Shown piece after piece: positions 48,906 through 58,884 of a DNA stretch of 64,000 nt. This stretch comes from a virus (taxonomy: Duplodnaviria; Caudoviricetes), in IMG/VR virus record IMGVR_UViG_3300021400_000046, positions 64,001-128,000 of that record. The stretch is one strand, 5' to 3'. Both the position numbers and the translations under genes were made by a program. The notes beneath the pieces are model-generated. The model was given only the letters and a program-made list of their open reading frames with translations. It was not told the origin of the DNA and made no database searches. Position 1 is the first letter of the stretch, and every line of letters begins with the position of its first letter.

Positions 48906-50678
48906 TTATGGCTCAATTAGTTTGTAGCCATTCCGAAAACATTTCTGTCCAATAGTTGTTGTAATTGTTCCTATTGTTTGCTGATCCAGCCTTACATTGC
49001 TATTGTAATCATCATATACAATTACATTTCTCCCCCGGATTTAGCGCTGTTTTCATGTTCAGTGTTGTTAATCCATTCAAACAAACGATTTAATGCAATT
49101 TCAAAAGCACCAATTCCAGAGAAATAACTGCCGACTTTCAAATCATTAAATAAGTACGGCATTGCAACATAAAGGTTTTTTAATATGTAAAATAGAACAT
49201 CGGTCACTATTGAATTACCGGCCTGTTTATATAATTGCGAATCACTAACAACCTCATTTAGTGCAGCTTCAATACTCTGTTTTAGATCGTCATTTGGAAA
49301 CATTGTGATTATTCGCTTTGCGGTTTCTCTACTTCCAGTTTTCGCCGCATAAAAATCTTCATCAGTAAAACCCATCAATCGCCAGCATTCTTTTGGTGTT
49401 AATTTTCTAATTCTGTAACCATGCTCAGAATTTTCAATCACTCGTTTATCACCCCCGCATTGATAGTTCGGATTGTTCCTACTACATCGTCATTAAACAA
49501 TCTCAAACCTTCATCGGTTCTTTGTTCGCACACAATATATTCTTTATCCATAACTACAACCATAGGTTGAAGATTACCCCCCTGACAAGTGTGCAAGGCA
49601 GGAGCAATACCGTCAACACTATAAACCCTTCCTTGATTTGGATTATCTCTTGTTTTTGTCGGGCAAACATTCCCAATCCATATAATCTCACTCATTATTT
49701 TTATCCATAGGCTCAATAACAAATATCATTTGGTTAGATGCTGTTAGTGTTGGACATATTTCTCCCCCGACTGAACACGGCCACGCCGAGTCTTAGACGT
49801 TGGATAGCTGAAATCTGCGATACCTGGAACAGCACACTCAATATAACCTGTTTTTGTAGCCTGTCTTATTCTTATTTTCATAATTTTCAACGATCATCAC
49901 ATGGTTTTTTATACCTAAACCAGCACATAGAGTTGGTGATAACCCCCGGATTCGTAGACAATATTTGATTGATGTTTACCCGTCCCTTTTTCTATGTGGC
50001 CGATTACTTTGATCTTCTTTTCTTTCATACGTTTTCACAACAATTTTTGGTGGGTCTTTGTAACATGAAGATGGGATAGTTGACATTAACCCATTTACTG
50101 AATAAATCCAACCTTGTTGTCCCCCGAACCTCGATGGATCAGCCGGTCAATCTCATTCTTTTTGTTCATCATTTGTAACCACCATAACTAAAATCTTTGG
50201 AGGGTCTTTATAGTGTGTTGATTTGATAGTACACATTGAACACCCCCGGAAGTATCATACACTTCTTGATTTTGATGTATCTTACCGGAGTCTGGTATCA
50301 ATCTCCCAAGAACTTTTGTTTCCAATATTATTTTACCCTCTCAATTACTAATTGCCTTCTATGTGTTCGCAAGAAGTATTCAAATGTAATTCCCTTGTGA
50401 TAGTTCGCATCAATACAATATGAATACTTGTCACACAATCCATACTTGAAATCTTTGTGTTCTTCGGAATCCCCCGGACGGAGAGATTATTTCTCTTTAC
50501 GTCTGGCATTTAATAACTCCATTCATCGGTTGATTACCGAACACTTTGTAATCTCTTGCGAGAAGCGTGTTTGCTATATCTATTTCTCTATCAAACTTAG
50601 TGCATTGCTCTTAGAATAGCCCTGTTTTTATACCTGAACCATATCCCATTGGTGTCTGTCTAAGCTCGATCTCCCACC
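48906..50678 (-). other. Array of ~10 C5-MTase TRD-like modules with G5/G6 frame switches
   Basis: Manual translation of the - strand; C5 runs on + at 49032, 49452, 49764, 49943, 50121, 50243, 50471; C6 at 49577. Confidence 0.8.
49022..49441 (-). CDS. C5-cytosine MTase small chain: motifs IX, X, then I
   Basis: RKLTPKECWRLMGF (IX), QLYKQAGNSIV (X), SYFSGIGAFE (I). Confidence 0.88.
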   Translation of the reverse strand: MIENSEHGYRIRKLTPKECWRLMGFTDEDFYAAKTGSRETAKRIITMFPNDDLKQSIEAALNEVVSDSQLYKQAGNSIVTDVLFYILKNLYVAMPYLFNDLKVGSYFSGIGAFEIALNRLFEWINNTEHENSAKSGGEM

Positions 50679-51400
50679 TGCCTAATGGCGTTAGAGTTCT
50701 TCTTATCTAACTTGCCGGAGTCAATCAGTTCATCAATAAGCTGTTTTGCCTTATCGGTATTTATGTAGTATTTTTCATCAACTTCTGTTTCCAAAACATC
50801 TTTTAAGCATTTGTCACTCTCAAAGCCTTCGGGGAATGAGAACAGGCCATTATCAAACTCTTTAAGAATAATAATCAAGAATACACGTTCTCTATTTTGC
50901 GGGACACCAAAATCCTTTGAATTTAGCACTTTGTAGTATGTGTTATAACCGTACTCATGTAGCTCGTCAATGAACATCTGGAATGTATCTTTGAATTTCT
51001 TACCTACAATGTTTTTGACGTTTTCATAGATCCCCCACTTAGGTTTATTTGCTCGAATAACTCTAAGCCATTCAACAAGCAACGAGCTTCTTGACTTATC
51101 AAGATTCGTGCTTCCACATTTCGGACATCTATTACGGACAGAATAATGAACTGTCAAAGGATTATATGTATGACCACAATCATTACACTTCCATCTGCTG
51201 CCCACTTGGTTTCCTGCCACACTGAAATCTTGGCATGGACTTCCACCACAGATCATATTAAATGGCTGCAAAGCGTGTTCATCAACAAGTGTAATGTCTC
51301 CAAGGTTTTTTGATGGATCAGCACCATGCACAGCACAATAACTTTTAACTGCGAACTTATCAAACTCACAGAAGTTTACCAATTCATACGACTTATTCAA
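50660..51400 (-). CDS. C5-cytosine MTase catalytic chain (motifs II-VIII, Zn-ribbon insert, no motif I)
   Basis: FCEFDK, GDI, GGSPCQDFS, ENVK, PQNRERVF. Confidence 0.92.
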   Translation of the reverse strand: MNKSYELVNFCEFDKFAVKSYCAVHGADPSKNLGDITLVDEHALQPFNMICGGSPCQDFSVAGNQVGSRWKCNDCGHTYNPLTVHYSVRNRCPKCGSTNLDKSRSSLLVEWLRVIRANKPKWGIYENVKNIVGKKFKDTFQMFIDELHEYGYNTYYKVLNSKDFGVPQNRERVFLIIILKEFDNGLFSFPEGFESDKCLKDVLETEVDEKYYINTDKAKQLIDELIDSGKLDKKNSNAIRQVGDRA

Positions 51401-51494
51401 TGAATACCTCTCATGCTTTTCTTGTTTTCATTACTGTTCCTAAATCTAAAAGTACCGCCAGATGAATTGTTTATTTGTTTCATCTGACGGTGAT

Positions 51495-51539
51495 AGTATA
51501 ACGCAAACTCAATAGGTTGTCAAGGTAGTTTTCACAACA
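51495..51539 (-). promoter_or_regulatory. Phage promoter type A (copy 3), upstream of the MTase locus
   Basis: TGTTGTGAAAACTACC-TTGACA-17-TATACT. Confidence 0.85.
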
Positions 51540-51715
51540 ATTTATAGCGCAGAATTAATCAGGAACAGGAAGTGACTTTGTAACTACGCCACTATAAGCC
51601 TGTGCGCCGTCTTGCTGAACAATCACTACCATATGCGGGTGTCCGTATTTGCAGAGCCATTCATGCAGCGGCATGATAGCATCCTGGAACTCTTTTCCCG
51701 CTTGTTCATCCATCT

Positions 51716-53689
51716 TTATTTCACCTGACCTCTCAATTCGATATACTCATTTTCACTTAATATTGTTGTTCCAAATTTTTCAGCAGCCTTGTTTTTCGAG
51801 CTACCAGAAGTCTTATCATTTGTTATCAGATAATTCGTCTTTGCAGAAACGCCAGAAACAACAATGCCGCCATTTTCTTCAATATCAGCGACAAGCGCAT
51901 CACGATTCTTGAACACTTCCAATTTGCCAGTAATACAAAACGTCTTACCGGAAAGAGTGCTATTTGTAGATACCTTCTTTGGTTCTTCAACATTCAAAAT
52001 CGAAACCAATGGCACAATATCATTGATGTTCTCTCTGACATAATTATTGATACAATCGCTCGTTGTCTTGCCAATGGCAGGCATAACGCTCCAATCGCAG
52101 TTGCTCAAAGCAAGATCAATAAATGTCTGGAAGATGTTACCAGTTGTATGTGAAGTGCAATACTCTGTGATTGTTTTAGCAGCAGACTTACCAATCGTAG
52201 GAATACCAATGGCAACAATCACATTTTGTAGTTTGCAATCTCTACTCTGTTCAATTGCGTCAATCAAATGATCTACAACACTTTTACCAAAGCCGTATTC
52301 TTTAATGATTTTATCTCTGTGTTCATTCAGATGATACAAACTTTCAAAGTCTGTAACATAACCTAAGTCCATAAGAGACTTTAATCGTTCTTCTGAGATA
52401 CCAACGATATTCATGCCTTCTCTGGACGCAAAATTAGATATTTTGTCATGTTGAATCGCAGAGCAATGCTTGTTTGTGCAATACAGCATTTCACGCCCAT
52501 TTTCGCACTTTATAACAGCTTTTTCGCCGCAATTTGGACATAAAATGGGGATTTTATAACTACCGCTCCGAGTGAGGTTCTGAGTGACCTTTGGAATGAT
52601 CTGATTGGCCTTAATTACCGTAATTGTATCTCCAATTCCAAGCTGTAACTCTTTTACGATACTTACATTATTAAGTGTCGCACGGTTGACAGTTGTACCA
52701 TCAATCTCTACAGGATCAAAAACTGCAACAGGATTGATAAGCCCGGTTCTACTCACATTCCATTCAATATCAAGCAAAGTAGTTTCGTTTTCTTCCTGAT
52801 AAAATTTGAACGCCAAAGAATGCTTTGGATGATGTGCTGTAACTCCAAGGCTCTTACAATACGCAATATCATCAAACATACCTACAACACCATCAATCGG
52901 GATTTTAAGCCGCTCACAATCAGACTTTACACTGTCAATAGCGATCTTAGAACCGACACGATAGGGGACTACATCAAAACCAAACGTTTGCAGTAGTAGC
53001 ATTGCCTGAATATTGCTTTCAACCTTATAAACACTTGGACATTCATATAACTTCCAAGCAATAAACTTTACATTTCTGCTTTTAACAATCTCTGGATTAA
53101 GCTGCCGGACAGTGCCACTAACAAGATTGCGTGGGTTTTTGTATTCTGTTCCTTCTCGTTCCTTGATCTGCTCGAAGTCAGAGTATGTAATAATACACTC
53201 GCCGTCCACAATTACCGTACCAGACGCAGGAATGGTCAGAGGTACATTAGAAAACACTTTAGCGTTATGTGTAATATCTTCACCAATCTCGCCGTTACCA
53301 CGGCTCTCGGCTCTGACAAGCCTACCGTCTTGATAAGTCAAAGAACAAGTCAGGCCATCCAACTTACCCATAAGGATAAATGGCTTGTTTTCAAAATAGG
53401 AAATAAACTCTGTTTCGTCTGTGGTTTTTGCAAGTGAAAGAAGCTGATGGTTGTGTTTAACCTTTTGAAGCTGGCTAACGCTTTCATATCCAACTGTATT
53501 TGTTGGCGAATTTGACATTACAATGCCGGTCTTTTCTTCAAGCCGCTCCAATTCATCAAACAGAGCATCGTATTCTCGATCAGAAATTAGGCTCTTATTC
53601 TGGTTATAATAAGCATCCCTGCATCTATTGAGCTGTTCTACAAGCTCTGTCATTCTGTTTCTGTCTTTGTTAAACCCCATAATTGTCAT
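51716..53689 (-). CDS. ligA: NAD-dependent DNA ligase
   Basis: KLDG, SRGNG..GEDIT, NPRN, DGVV, AFKF, RATL, Zn finger, BRCT. Confidence 0.95.
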   Translation of the reverse strand: MTIMGFNKDRNRMTELVEQLNRCRDAYYNQNKSLISDREYDALFDELERLEEKTGIVMSNSPTNTVGYESVSQLQKVKHNHQLLSLAKTTDETEFISYFENKPFILMGKLDGLTCSLTYQDGRLVRAESRGNGEIGEDITHNAKVFSNVPLTIPASGTVIVDGECIITYSDFEQIKEREGTEYKNPRNLVSGTVRQLNPEIVKSRNVKFIAWKLYECPSVYKVESNIQAMLLLQTFGFDVVPYRVGSKIAIDSVKSDCERLKIPIDGVVGMFDDIAYCKSLGVTAHHPKHSLAFKFYQEENETTLLDIEWNVSRTGLINPVAVFDPVEIDGTTVNRATLNNVSIVKELQLGIGDTITVIKANQIIPKVTQNLTRSGSYKIPILCPNCGEKAVIKCENGREMLYCTNKHCSAIQHDKISNFASREGMNIVGISEERLKSLMDLGYVTDFESLYHLNEHRDKIIKEYGFGKSVVDHLIDAIEQSRDCKLQNVIVAIGIPTIGKSAAKTITEYCTSHTTGNIFQTFIDLALSNCDWSVMPAIGKTTSDCINNYVRENINDIVPLVSILNVEEPKKVSTNSTLSGKTFCITGKLEVFKNRDALVADIEENGGIVVSGVSAKTNYLITNDKTSGSSKNKAAEKFGTTILSENEYIELRGQVK

Positions 53690-54320
53690 GCCACCATTTA
53701 ATCAATTCGTCTGCCGTCCGAGGCGTGTAAACCATACACTCCATCATGCAGCCAACATTCACGATATGCCCCCTGTTCAGATAAGAAGGCTCTCCATATT
53801 TTGCAATATAATTTCGACGATCATAAACCAATTTGCTCACAAAATCATTTCTCGCATATTCTTCTTCTGTTCGGTTGTGCGTATGACCGTGGAAATGCCA
53901 CATGGCATCGTTATAGCTACCACGATAAAAGAGGATTGGATAATGGCACAAAATAATATGTCGATTACCGTCTTTAATCTCTTTGTAATCCTTAATATCA
54001 TGGAACATATTCTTCAATTTTTGTGACATTTGACGCAAATCATGATTTCCTTTGATAAGGAATTTGCGGCCATTTAACCTATTCAAAATCCTGATCCATT
54101 CATCTTCCTTGTCCCAACAGAAATCACCAAGGATATACACGTCATCATCCCTTGTAACAACGTTATTCCAGTTCTTGACGATAACATCCTCCATTTCTTT
54201 AGTAGAAGAAAACGGTCTGTTGTCAAAATTGATAATGTTTTTATGCCCGAAATGTGTATCTGCAATATAAAAAGTCTTACCCATTCTTTTCTCCAAAATC
54301 ATATAGCATTGGTGTGCCAT
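53670..54320 (-). CDS. Calcineurin-like metallophosphoesterase
   Basis: DTHFGH, LGD, GNHD, HGHTH. Confidence 0.88.
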   Translation of the reverse strand: MAHQCYMILEKRMGKTFYIADTHFGHKNIINFDNRPFSSTKEMEDVIVKNWNNVVTRDDDVYILGDFCWDKEDEWIRILNRLNGRKFLIKGNHDLRQMSQKLKNMFHDIKDYKEIKDGNRHIILCHYPILFYRGSYNDAMWHFHGHTHNRTEEEYARNDFVSKLVYDRRNYIAKYGEPSYLNRGHIVNVGCMMECMVYTPRTADELIKWWHDNYGV

Positions 54321-54642
54321 CAGAATTTAGAATTGCGCACATATACCCGCCATAACCAGACCACGCCATGAAATACATCACGCCGGTTTCTTTATCTGCG
54401 TAGATATAGTAATCACCATTTCTAAACTCTCCACTACCGATTTCGACAAGATTATCATAAAAATCGTAACAAGAATTATAATTTCTTTTTGTCTCTTTTG
54501 GTGGATAAGTACCGCAGCCAACAAAAACTAATGAAAATGTAATAACTAAAGCAATAATTAAACTAAAAACTCTTACTCGTTTCATTATATTTCTCCTAAC
54601 TAATCGGGCAAAATGACAACCCACGCTCCCTAAAGTATTCAA
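54277..54642 (-). CDS. Small lipoprotein (DUF6440-like)
   Basis: FVGC lipobox; D.ETGV.Y...L...DG.P. Confidence 0.6.
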   Translation of the reverse strand: MNTLGSVGCHFARLVRRNIMKRVRVFSLIIALVITFSLVFVGCGTYPPKETKRNYNSCYDFYDNLVEIGSGEFRNGDYYIYADKETGVMYFMAWSGYGGYMCAILNSDGTPMLYDFGEKNG

Positions 54643-55057
54643 TTACAAGGTCTGCCGGATATGCGCCCAATTCATTTATTTGTGGCGCTTTTGTAGACTT
54701 ATAATCTACTTCTTCTTTTATTGTCTCAATCTGATCGAAGTAGATACGCGGCCTTGAATCAGAAAATCTACTCCAAAAACTTTGCTTGCCTTGTAAACAT
54801 TTTGGTATATCAATACTATATGAACGGAAGTAACTTTCACAAATATATTTACCGCGTTTATCTTCGCTAAAAATAAAGTCATATTTCTTTAAGACATTCC
54901 AATCAGCACCTTGGATTATAAGCGTTTCATTTTTTGCATCTGCGTTATGAATTAGTTTAATATCTGAAAATCTGCAAATTGGATAATTGTTAATAAACAA
55001 TTTATAGGTCACTTTATAAAAATCAATGTTCATTTTGAGCTTATACCACTCTCTCAA
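54596..55057 (-). CDS. Hypothetical protein
   Basis: ORF in operon. Confidence 0.6.
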   Translation of the reverse strand: MREWYKLKMNIDFYKVTYKLFINNYPICRFSDIKLIHNADAKNETLIIQGADWNVLKKYDFIFSEDKRGKYICESYFRSYSIDIPKCLQGKQSFWSRFSDSRPRIYFDQIETIKEEVDYKSTKAPQINELGAYPADLVIEYFRERGLSFCPIS

Positions 55058-55808
55058 TCTCTCCGTATTTAATTATAAATTTTCCCATCACAACTTCATC
55101 TCTATGATAATGCCCACAATACCATCTATAAAATTTCAGTTTGTGTTCTAACACTAATTCGTTAAAATACATTGTCAATTTATCTGCTGATCTATAACCG
55201 GCAACAGTACAAACTTCTTGCGGCAAACAATGCGATATAACAAAATCAACATCGAAATTTACCTTTTCAAGTTCTCTTATACCACGTTTCATCTCCGCAC
55301 TTGTCGGCAGCTCGTCAGCCCACCAAGATAAATGGTTAATTCGTAGCATTTCACCGCGTCTTGTCCTGGCATTGTAATCTCTGATACAATCATTGATCGA
55401 CTGGTAATCTTCAAAATTCAAAATACCATCTTGAATATCATGGCTTCTTGCGCCGCCAAAAGCAAAGAATTTCTTACCTTGCAGATCGAATACATAGCCG
55501 CGCATCAAATGGTAAATATTATCCCTAATTTTGTGTGCCGTACCTCCGTGGAATTTTACTTTTGGGTATTCTTTTAGCCGGTCAAAATTCTCGTGATTGC
55601 CGTCAACAAAGAGCAACGTAAACGGTTTTTGGCTAAACCAATTTAACCAATAGTTTTCATCTTTGCTTGGAACCATAAAGTTCCATATGCCACCGAAGTC
55701 ACCACATACAATAACATAATCATCACGAGTCATGGTTTTTTGTTCTTGGAAATTTCTTGTTGAGAAACGTGTAAAATCGGCATGACAATCGCCCGTGATA
55801 TAAACCAT
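55041..55808 (-). CDS. Calcineurin-like metallophosphoesterase
   Basis: TGDCH, GDFG, DGNHE, CGHYH. Confidence 0.88.
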   Translation of the reverse strand: MVYITGDCHADFTRFSTRNFQEQKTMTRDDYVIVCGDFGGIWNFMVPSKDENYWLNWFSQKPFTLLFVDGNHENFDRLKEYPKVKFHGGTAHKIRDNIYHLMRGYVFDLQGKKFFAFGGARSHDIQDGILNFEDYQSINDCIRDYNARTRRGEMLRINHLSWWADELPTSAEMKRGIRELEKVNFDVDFVISHCLPQEVCTVAGYRSADKLTMYFNELVLEHKLKFYRWYCGHYHRDEVVMGKFIIKYGEIERVV

Positions 55809-55984
55809 TTAGTAGACCCATCCTTAATTATTTCTTTTGAGGCATTGGCGAGATCGCAAATAATATCATATTGATTTCTACAATTCCCATTTTCATCCAT
55901 TACAGTTATCCCAATCTGTCTTAAAACGTCTAAATCTAAAAATGGATGATTAAGAATATATGGTTCTGTCATATCATTCTTCAT
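55730..55984 (-). CDS. Hypothetical protein
   Basis: ORF in operon. Confidence 0.45.
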   Translation of the reverse strand: MKNDMTEPYILNHPFLDLDVLRQIGITVMDENGNCRNQYDIICDLANASKEIIKDGSTKWFISRAIVMPILHVSQQEISKNKKP

Positions 55985-56139
55985 ATTCTGGATGGATTGT
56001 CAAAATACAATCATAACAAATCCACCCATTTGGTGAATTGTAATCTCTCTCCATTTCGTGCTGTTCATGTCGCTCTCCACAAATGCCGCACTTGCGAATG
56101 TACTGTTTTCTCTTTTTGAATGTACTGTTTTCTCTTTCT

Positions 56140-56514
56140 TTAATCATATTTATCTAATAAGAATTGAAAATAATCTCCGTTGTGTGTTTCCCTTGCTTCT
56201 TTGGAACAAAATTCAATACACTTTTCTTCGATTGCTCCATCAAAATAATCAGCGTCATACCATACAAGACTATCACGGTGTTTACGCATCCATCCTAAGT
56301 CCAGCTTTTCGCAAGTCTGATAAAAGGCAAATACCCATCCAGCCGTTCCAGAATTTAGCCCTGATACGTCAATCGTTTCTTTATTAAGTATGTATGTCCC
56401 AAAAACAGATACAAGCTCTCCAAGAAATGCTTGATAAAAATATTCCGGGATTTTCGATAATACTTCCGATTGATCTAAACGAATATCATCAAAAGTAGTT
56501 TCATTTCCAATCAT
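56140..56514 (-). CDS. Hypothetical protein
   Basis: ORF in operon. Confidence 0.6.
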   Translation of the reverse strand: MIGNETTFDDIRLDQSEVLSKIPEYFYQAFLGELVSVFGTYILNKETIDVSGLNSGTAGWVFAFYQTCEKLDLGWMRKHRDSLVWYDADYFDGAIEEKCIEFCSKEARETHNGDYFQFLLDKYD

Positions 56515-56750
56515 TTTAGCCTCGTTAGTATATAGAAAAGAATTTTATAGATTGCATGAAAATGATGCGCAGCCCAAATAGCATTTTTCAAAGTCGCACT
56601 TTTTGGCATTCGCTCTGGAAATTGACGAAATATATCTTGCATTTCATCAATGCCATCAAGTGCTGTTTCCATAGCACAATACTTTTTATCGGCACACATT
56701 TCAAACCTCCATATTATTCTTGACAAATCTGCGTTCTCTCTTTTTAGCAA
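56511..56750 (-). CDS. Hypothetical protein
   Basis: ORF in operon. Confidence 0.5.
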   Translation of the reverse strand: MLKRENADLSRIIWRFEMCADKKYCAMETALDGIDEMQDIFRQFPERMPKSATLKNAIWAAHHFHAIYKILFYILTRLK

Positions 56751-56848
56751 CTTTCTTATTTAGCTTTTTCATTTTGCTCCAACCATTATGATTGTTCGCC
56801 CATGCAGCAAACAAGTGAGAAAATTCTGATTGATAGTTGAGAAACCCT

Positions 56849-57187
56849 TTATATGTCTGCGCTTTCTTCATCACCATCACCGTTCTTCCACCAGCCGATA
56901 CTAACAGCGCCGGTTTTTGAATTGGTTAATATCTGAACGGTACAATTTCTATGTACTTCTTCTTGATCGTAAAAACTAAATATGGATGTAATCTTCTCGC
57001 CGGAAGAACACCTTGATCCGCAATTCGGACAAAAATTGCTACCGCTGAAAATATTTGGATCAATTTCTGGATTATCAGATATATTTCTATTCGGCGTTTT
57101 GCATTGGCTGCATACCCAAGCTCCAACGCCCCAATCTATCGCGTTTTCATCCCAAACCCATTTTGCTTCTGTTCGTTCTTCGTTCAT
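56849..57187 (-). CDS. Zn-ribbon hypothetical protein
   Basis: CSQC...CPNCG. Confidence 0.6.
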   Translation of the reverse strand: MNEERTEAKWVWDENAIDWGVGAWVCSQCKTPNRNISDNPEIDPNIFSGSNFCPNCGSRCSSGEKITSIFSFYDQEEVHRNCTVQILTNSKTGAVSIGWWKNGDGDEESADI

Positions 57188-57235
57188 ATCCTATAAGTTT
57201 GGGAGTGATGTTTCACACTCCCATTGCCTTTGCTC

Positions 57236-57895
57236 TTAATTCTTTTCTTGCTCCAACTGACGCATTGCACGGAGATAGGCTTCTGTCTGGATAGAAATTG
57301 CTTCTTCACGCTCTGCCGCACGTTTCTCCGCGAGGCGCTTTTCCTTCTTTGCATTCAGTTTTGCAATCTTGTGTTCAATACGCTTTGCCTCATGTTCAGC
57401 TTCGGCCTTTGCCTTCTTCTCAGCGGAACGATTTTTGTTGTAAACACGCATGGCATAATTGACAAGTTTATTATACGCTTCATGCCCATGCCCGGAAGTC
57501 ATGCCAGAAAGCAGTTTCTTTGTAATACAGATTGAAACGCCTTGTTCAAGAGAAAACTGATCTTCGCCATTGGTTACTGCCTTTTCTTCTGTCCCATCAT
57601 TAAACTGTACAATAACAACATTTCCATAAACTTTAACATCATTGATTGTAGGGATAAGCATATCGGAAACATTATTACAACTAAAACCAGCCTCAGACTT
57701 TGAAATTAGGCGAATTTCATTATGAACTTTGTCAACCTTTAACGCTGTTTCTGTACCTTCTGGAAGTTTTTGAATCATATATTGAAATGGAAAATAACCT
57801 TCTGATGAAGCAATTGCAACCTTAAAATTATTAAACCATCCAGGAATATAATTCTTATTTGAAATATCTGTAGTGTAATAATTATTTGAACTCAT
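57236..57895 (-). CDS. Hypothetical phage protein
   Basis: V.F.DGT..K.....D.F..E.G...C..KK motif plus coiled coil. Confidence 0.65.
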   Translation of the reverse strand: MSSNNYYTTDISNKNYIPGWFNNFKVAIASSEGYFPFQYMIQKLPEGTETALKVDKVHNEIRLISKSEAGFSCNNVSDMLIPTINDVKVYGNVVIVQFNDGTEEKAVTNGEDQFSLEQGVSICITKKLLSGMTSGHGHEAYNKLVNYAMRVYNKNRSAEKKAKAEAEHEAKRIEHKIAKLNAKKEKRLAEKRAAEREEAISIQTEAYLRAMRQLEQEKN

Positions 57896-57908
57896 TTCAA
57901 TAACCCTT

Positions 57909-58715
57909 TCAAATTTCTTCTATAAATACCAAATTATCAATATACTTTCTTCCCTCGCCTTTGAAAATCGGAATTTCAGTATCAATTACCCACTTACTGC
58001 GAGTAGAACCGTCGATATTCTTTCTAACACAACAACTGCCGCGCTTATAATGTGTTGGATAATCGTTCCAGTTGATACCATACTGCGCGAACAGCATCTC
58101 TTGAATGCCATTACAAGACTTACCGTGTAACTGACTATGAGAAAAATATGCTTGTCCAACCATTTCAACAGAGTTTCGTGTAGCGTCATTCTGTCGCCAG
58201 AGGATGCAGTTTGTTACTTCCTCTTTTGGGATATTAAAAACTCGCGCATCAAACATAGCGCCGCGTTCCATAGCCTTGTCTAACGCATCAAGGTATTTTT
58301 CATCTTCATCAGAGTCAATATCTTCAAAGAACTCTCCAAGCTGCTCTCTAATAATCTGCGGGAAATACTTATTAAATGCCATTGTCGCCATGCTTGCAGC
58401 AACACTACAACACTTCTGAATGTTGTAATCAAACCATGATGCACTATCAAGTTTCTTATAATCAACCAACACAAGTGTGATCTCGTCAGATTGAGTATAA
58501 CCAAGCACACAACCCTGGATATTCTCACAAAGATATTTCATTGTCTGCTGCATTGTCTTAATAAGAATATTATCGAATGGGCGCTTAAAACCTCGCGTAA
58601 AAGTATGAAACGCCTTGCCGTCAATACGGATTACAACGGGCATACGCGGAACAAGATGCGTTCTTGTAATGTACTCATACTTTTTCATCCGATTGCCGAG
58701 ATCATCATTTTTCAT
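57909..58715 (-). CDS. tRNA(His) guanylyltransferase Thg1-like
   Basis: RIDGKAFH.FT, QSDEI, FDAR, WRQ.DA.RNS. Confidence 0.92.
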   Translation of the reverse strand: MKNDDLGNRMKKYEYITRTHLVPRMPVVIRIDGKAFHTFTRGFKRPFDNILIKTMQQTMKYLCENIQGCVLGYTQSDEITLVLVDYKKLDSASWFDYNIQKCCSVAASMATMAFNKYFPQIIREQLGEFFEDIDSDEDEKYLDALDKAMERGAMFDARVFNIPKEEVTNCILWRQNDATRNSVEMVGQAYFSHSQLHGKSCNGIQEMLFAQYGINWNDYPTHYKRGSCCVRKNIDGSTRSKWVIDTEIPIFKGEGRKYIDNLVFIEEI

Positions 58716-58884
58716 TTAGAATACTCCTTTTGGGTATTTTCATTATCAACTATATATCAGGCCAAACCCATGAGCTATTCACTTCAACACCTGATTTGTG
58801 CGCCCCATCCGTACAGTCTTTCATTCACCCGAAACATGGGGACTCACTCAACTGATCTACTTATGCGCACGTTCCCTATGTACT

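Noticed and set aside
48906-50678. Stop-codon reassignment as the cause of MTase fragmentation
   Set aside because: The breaks need frame changes, not readthrough, and TAA, TAG and TGA all end well-defined genes elsewhere in the window.
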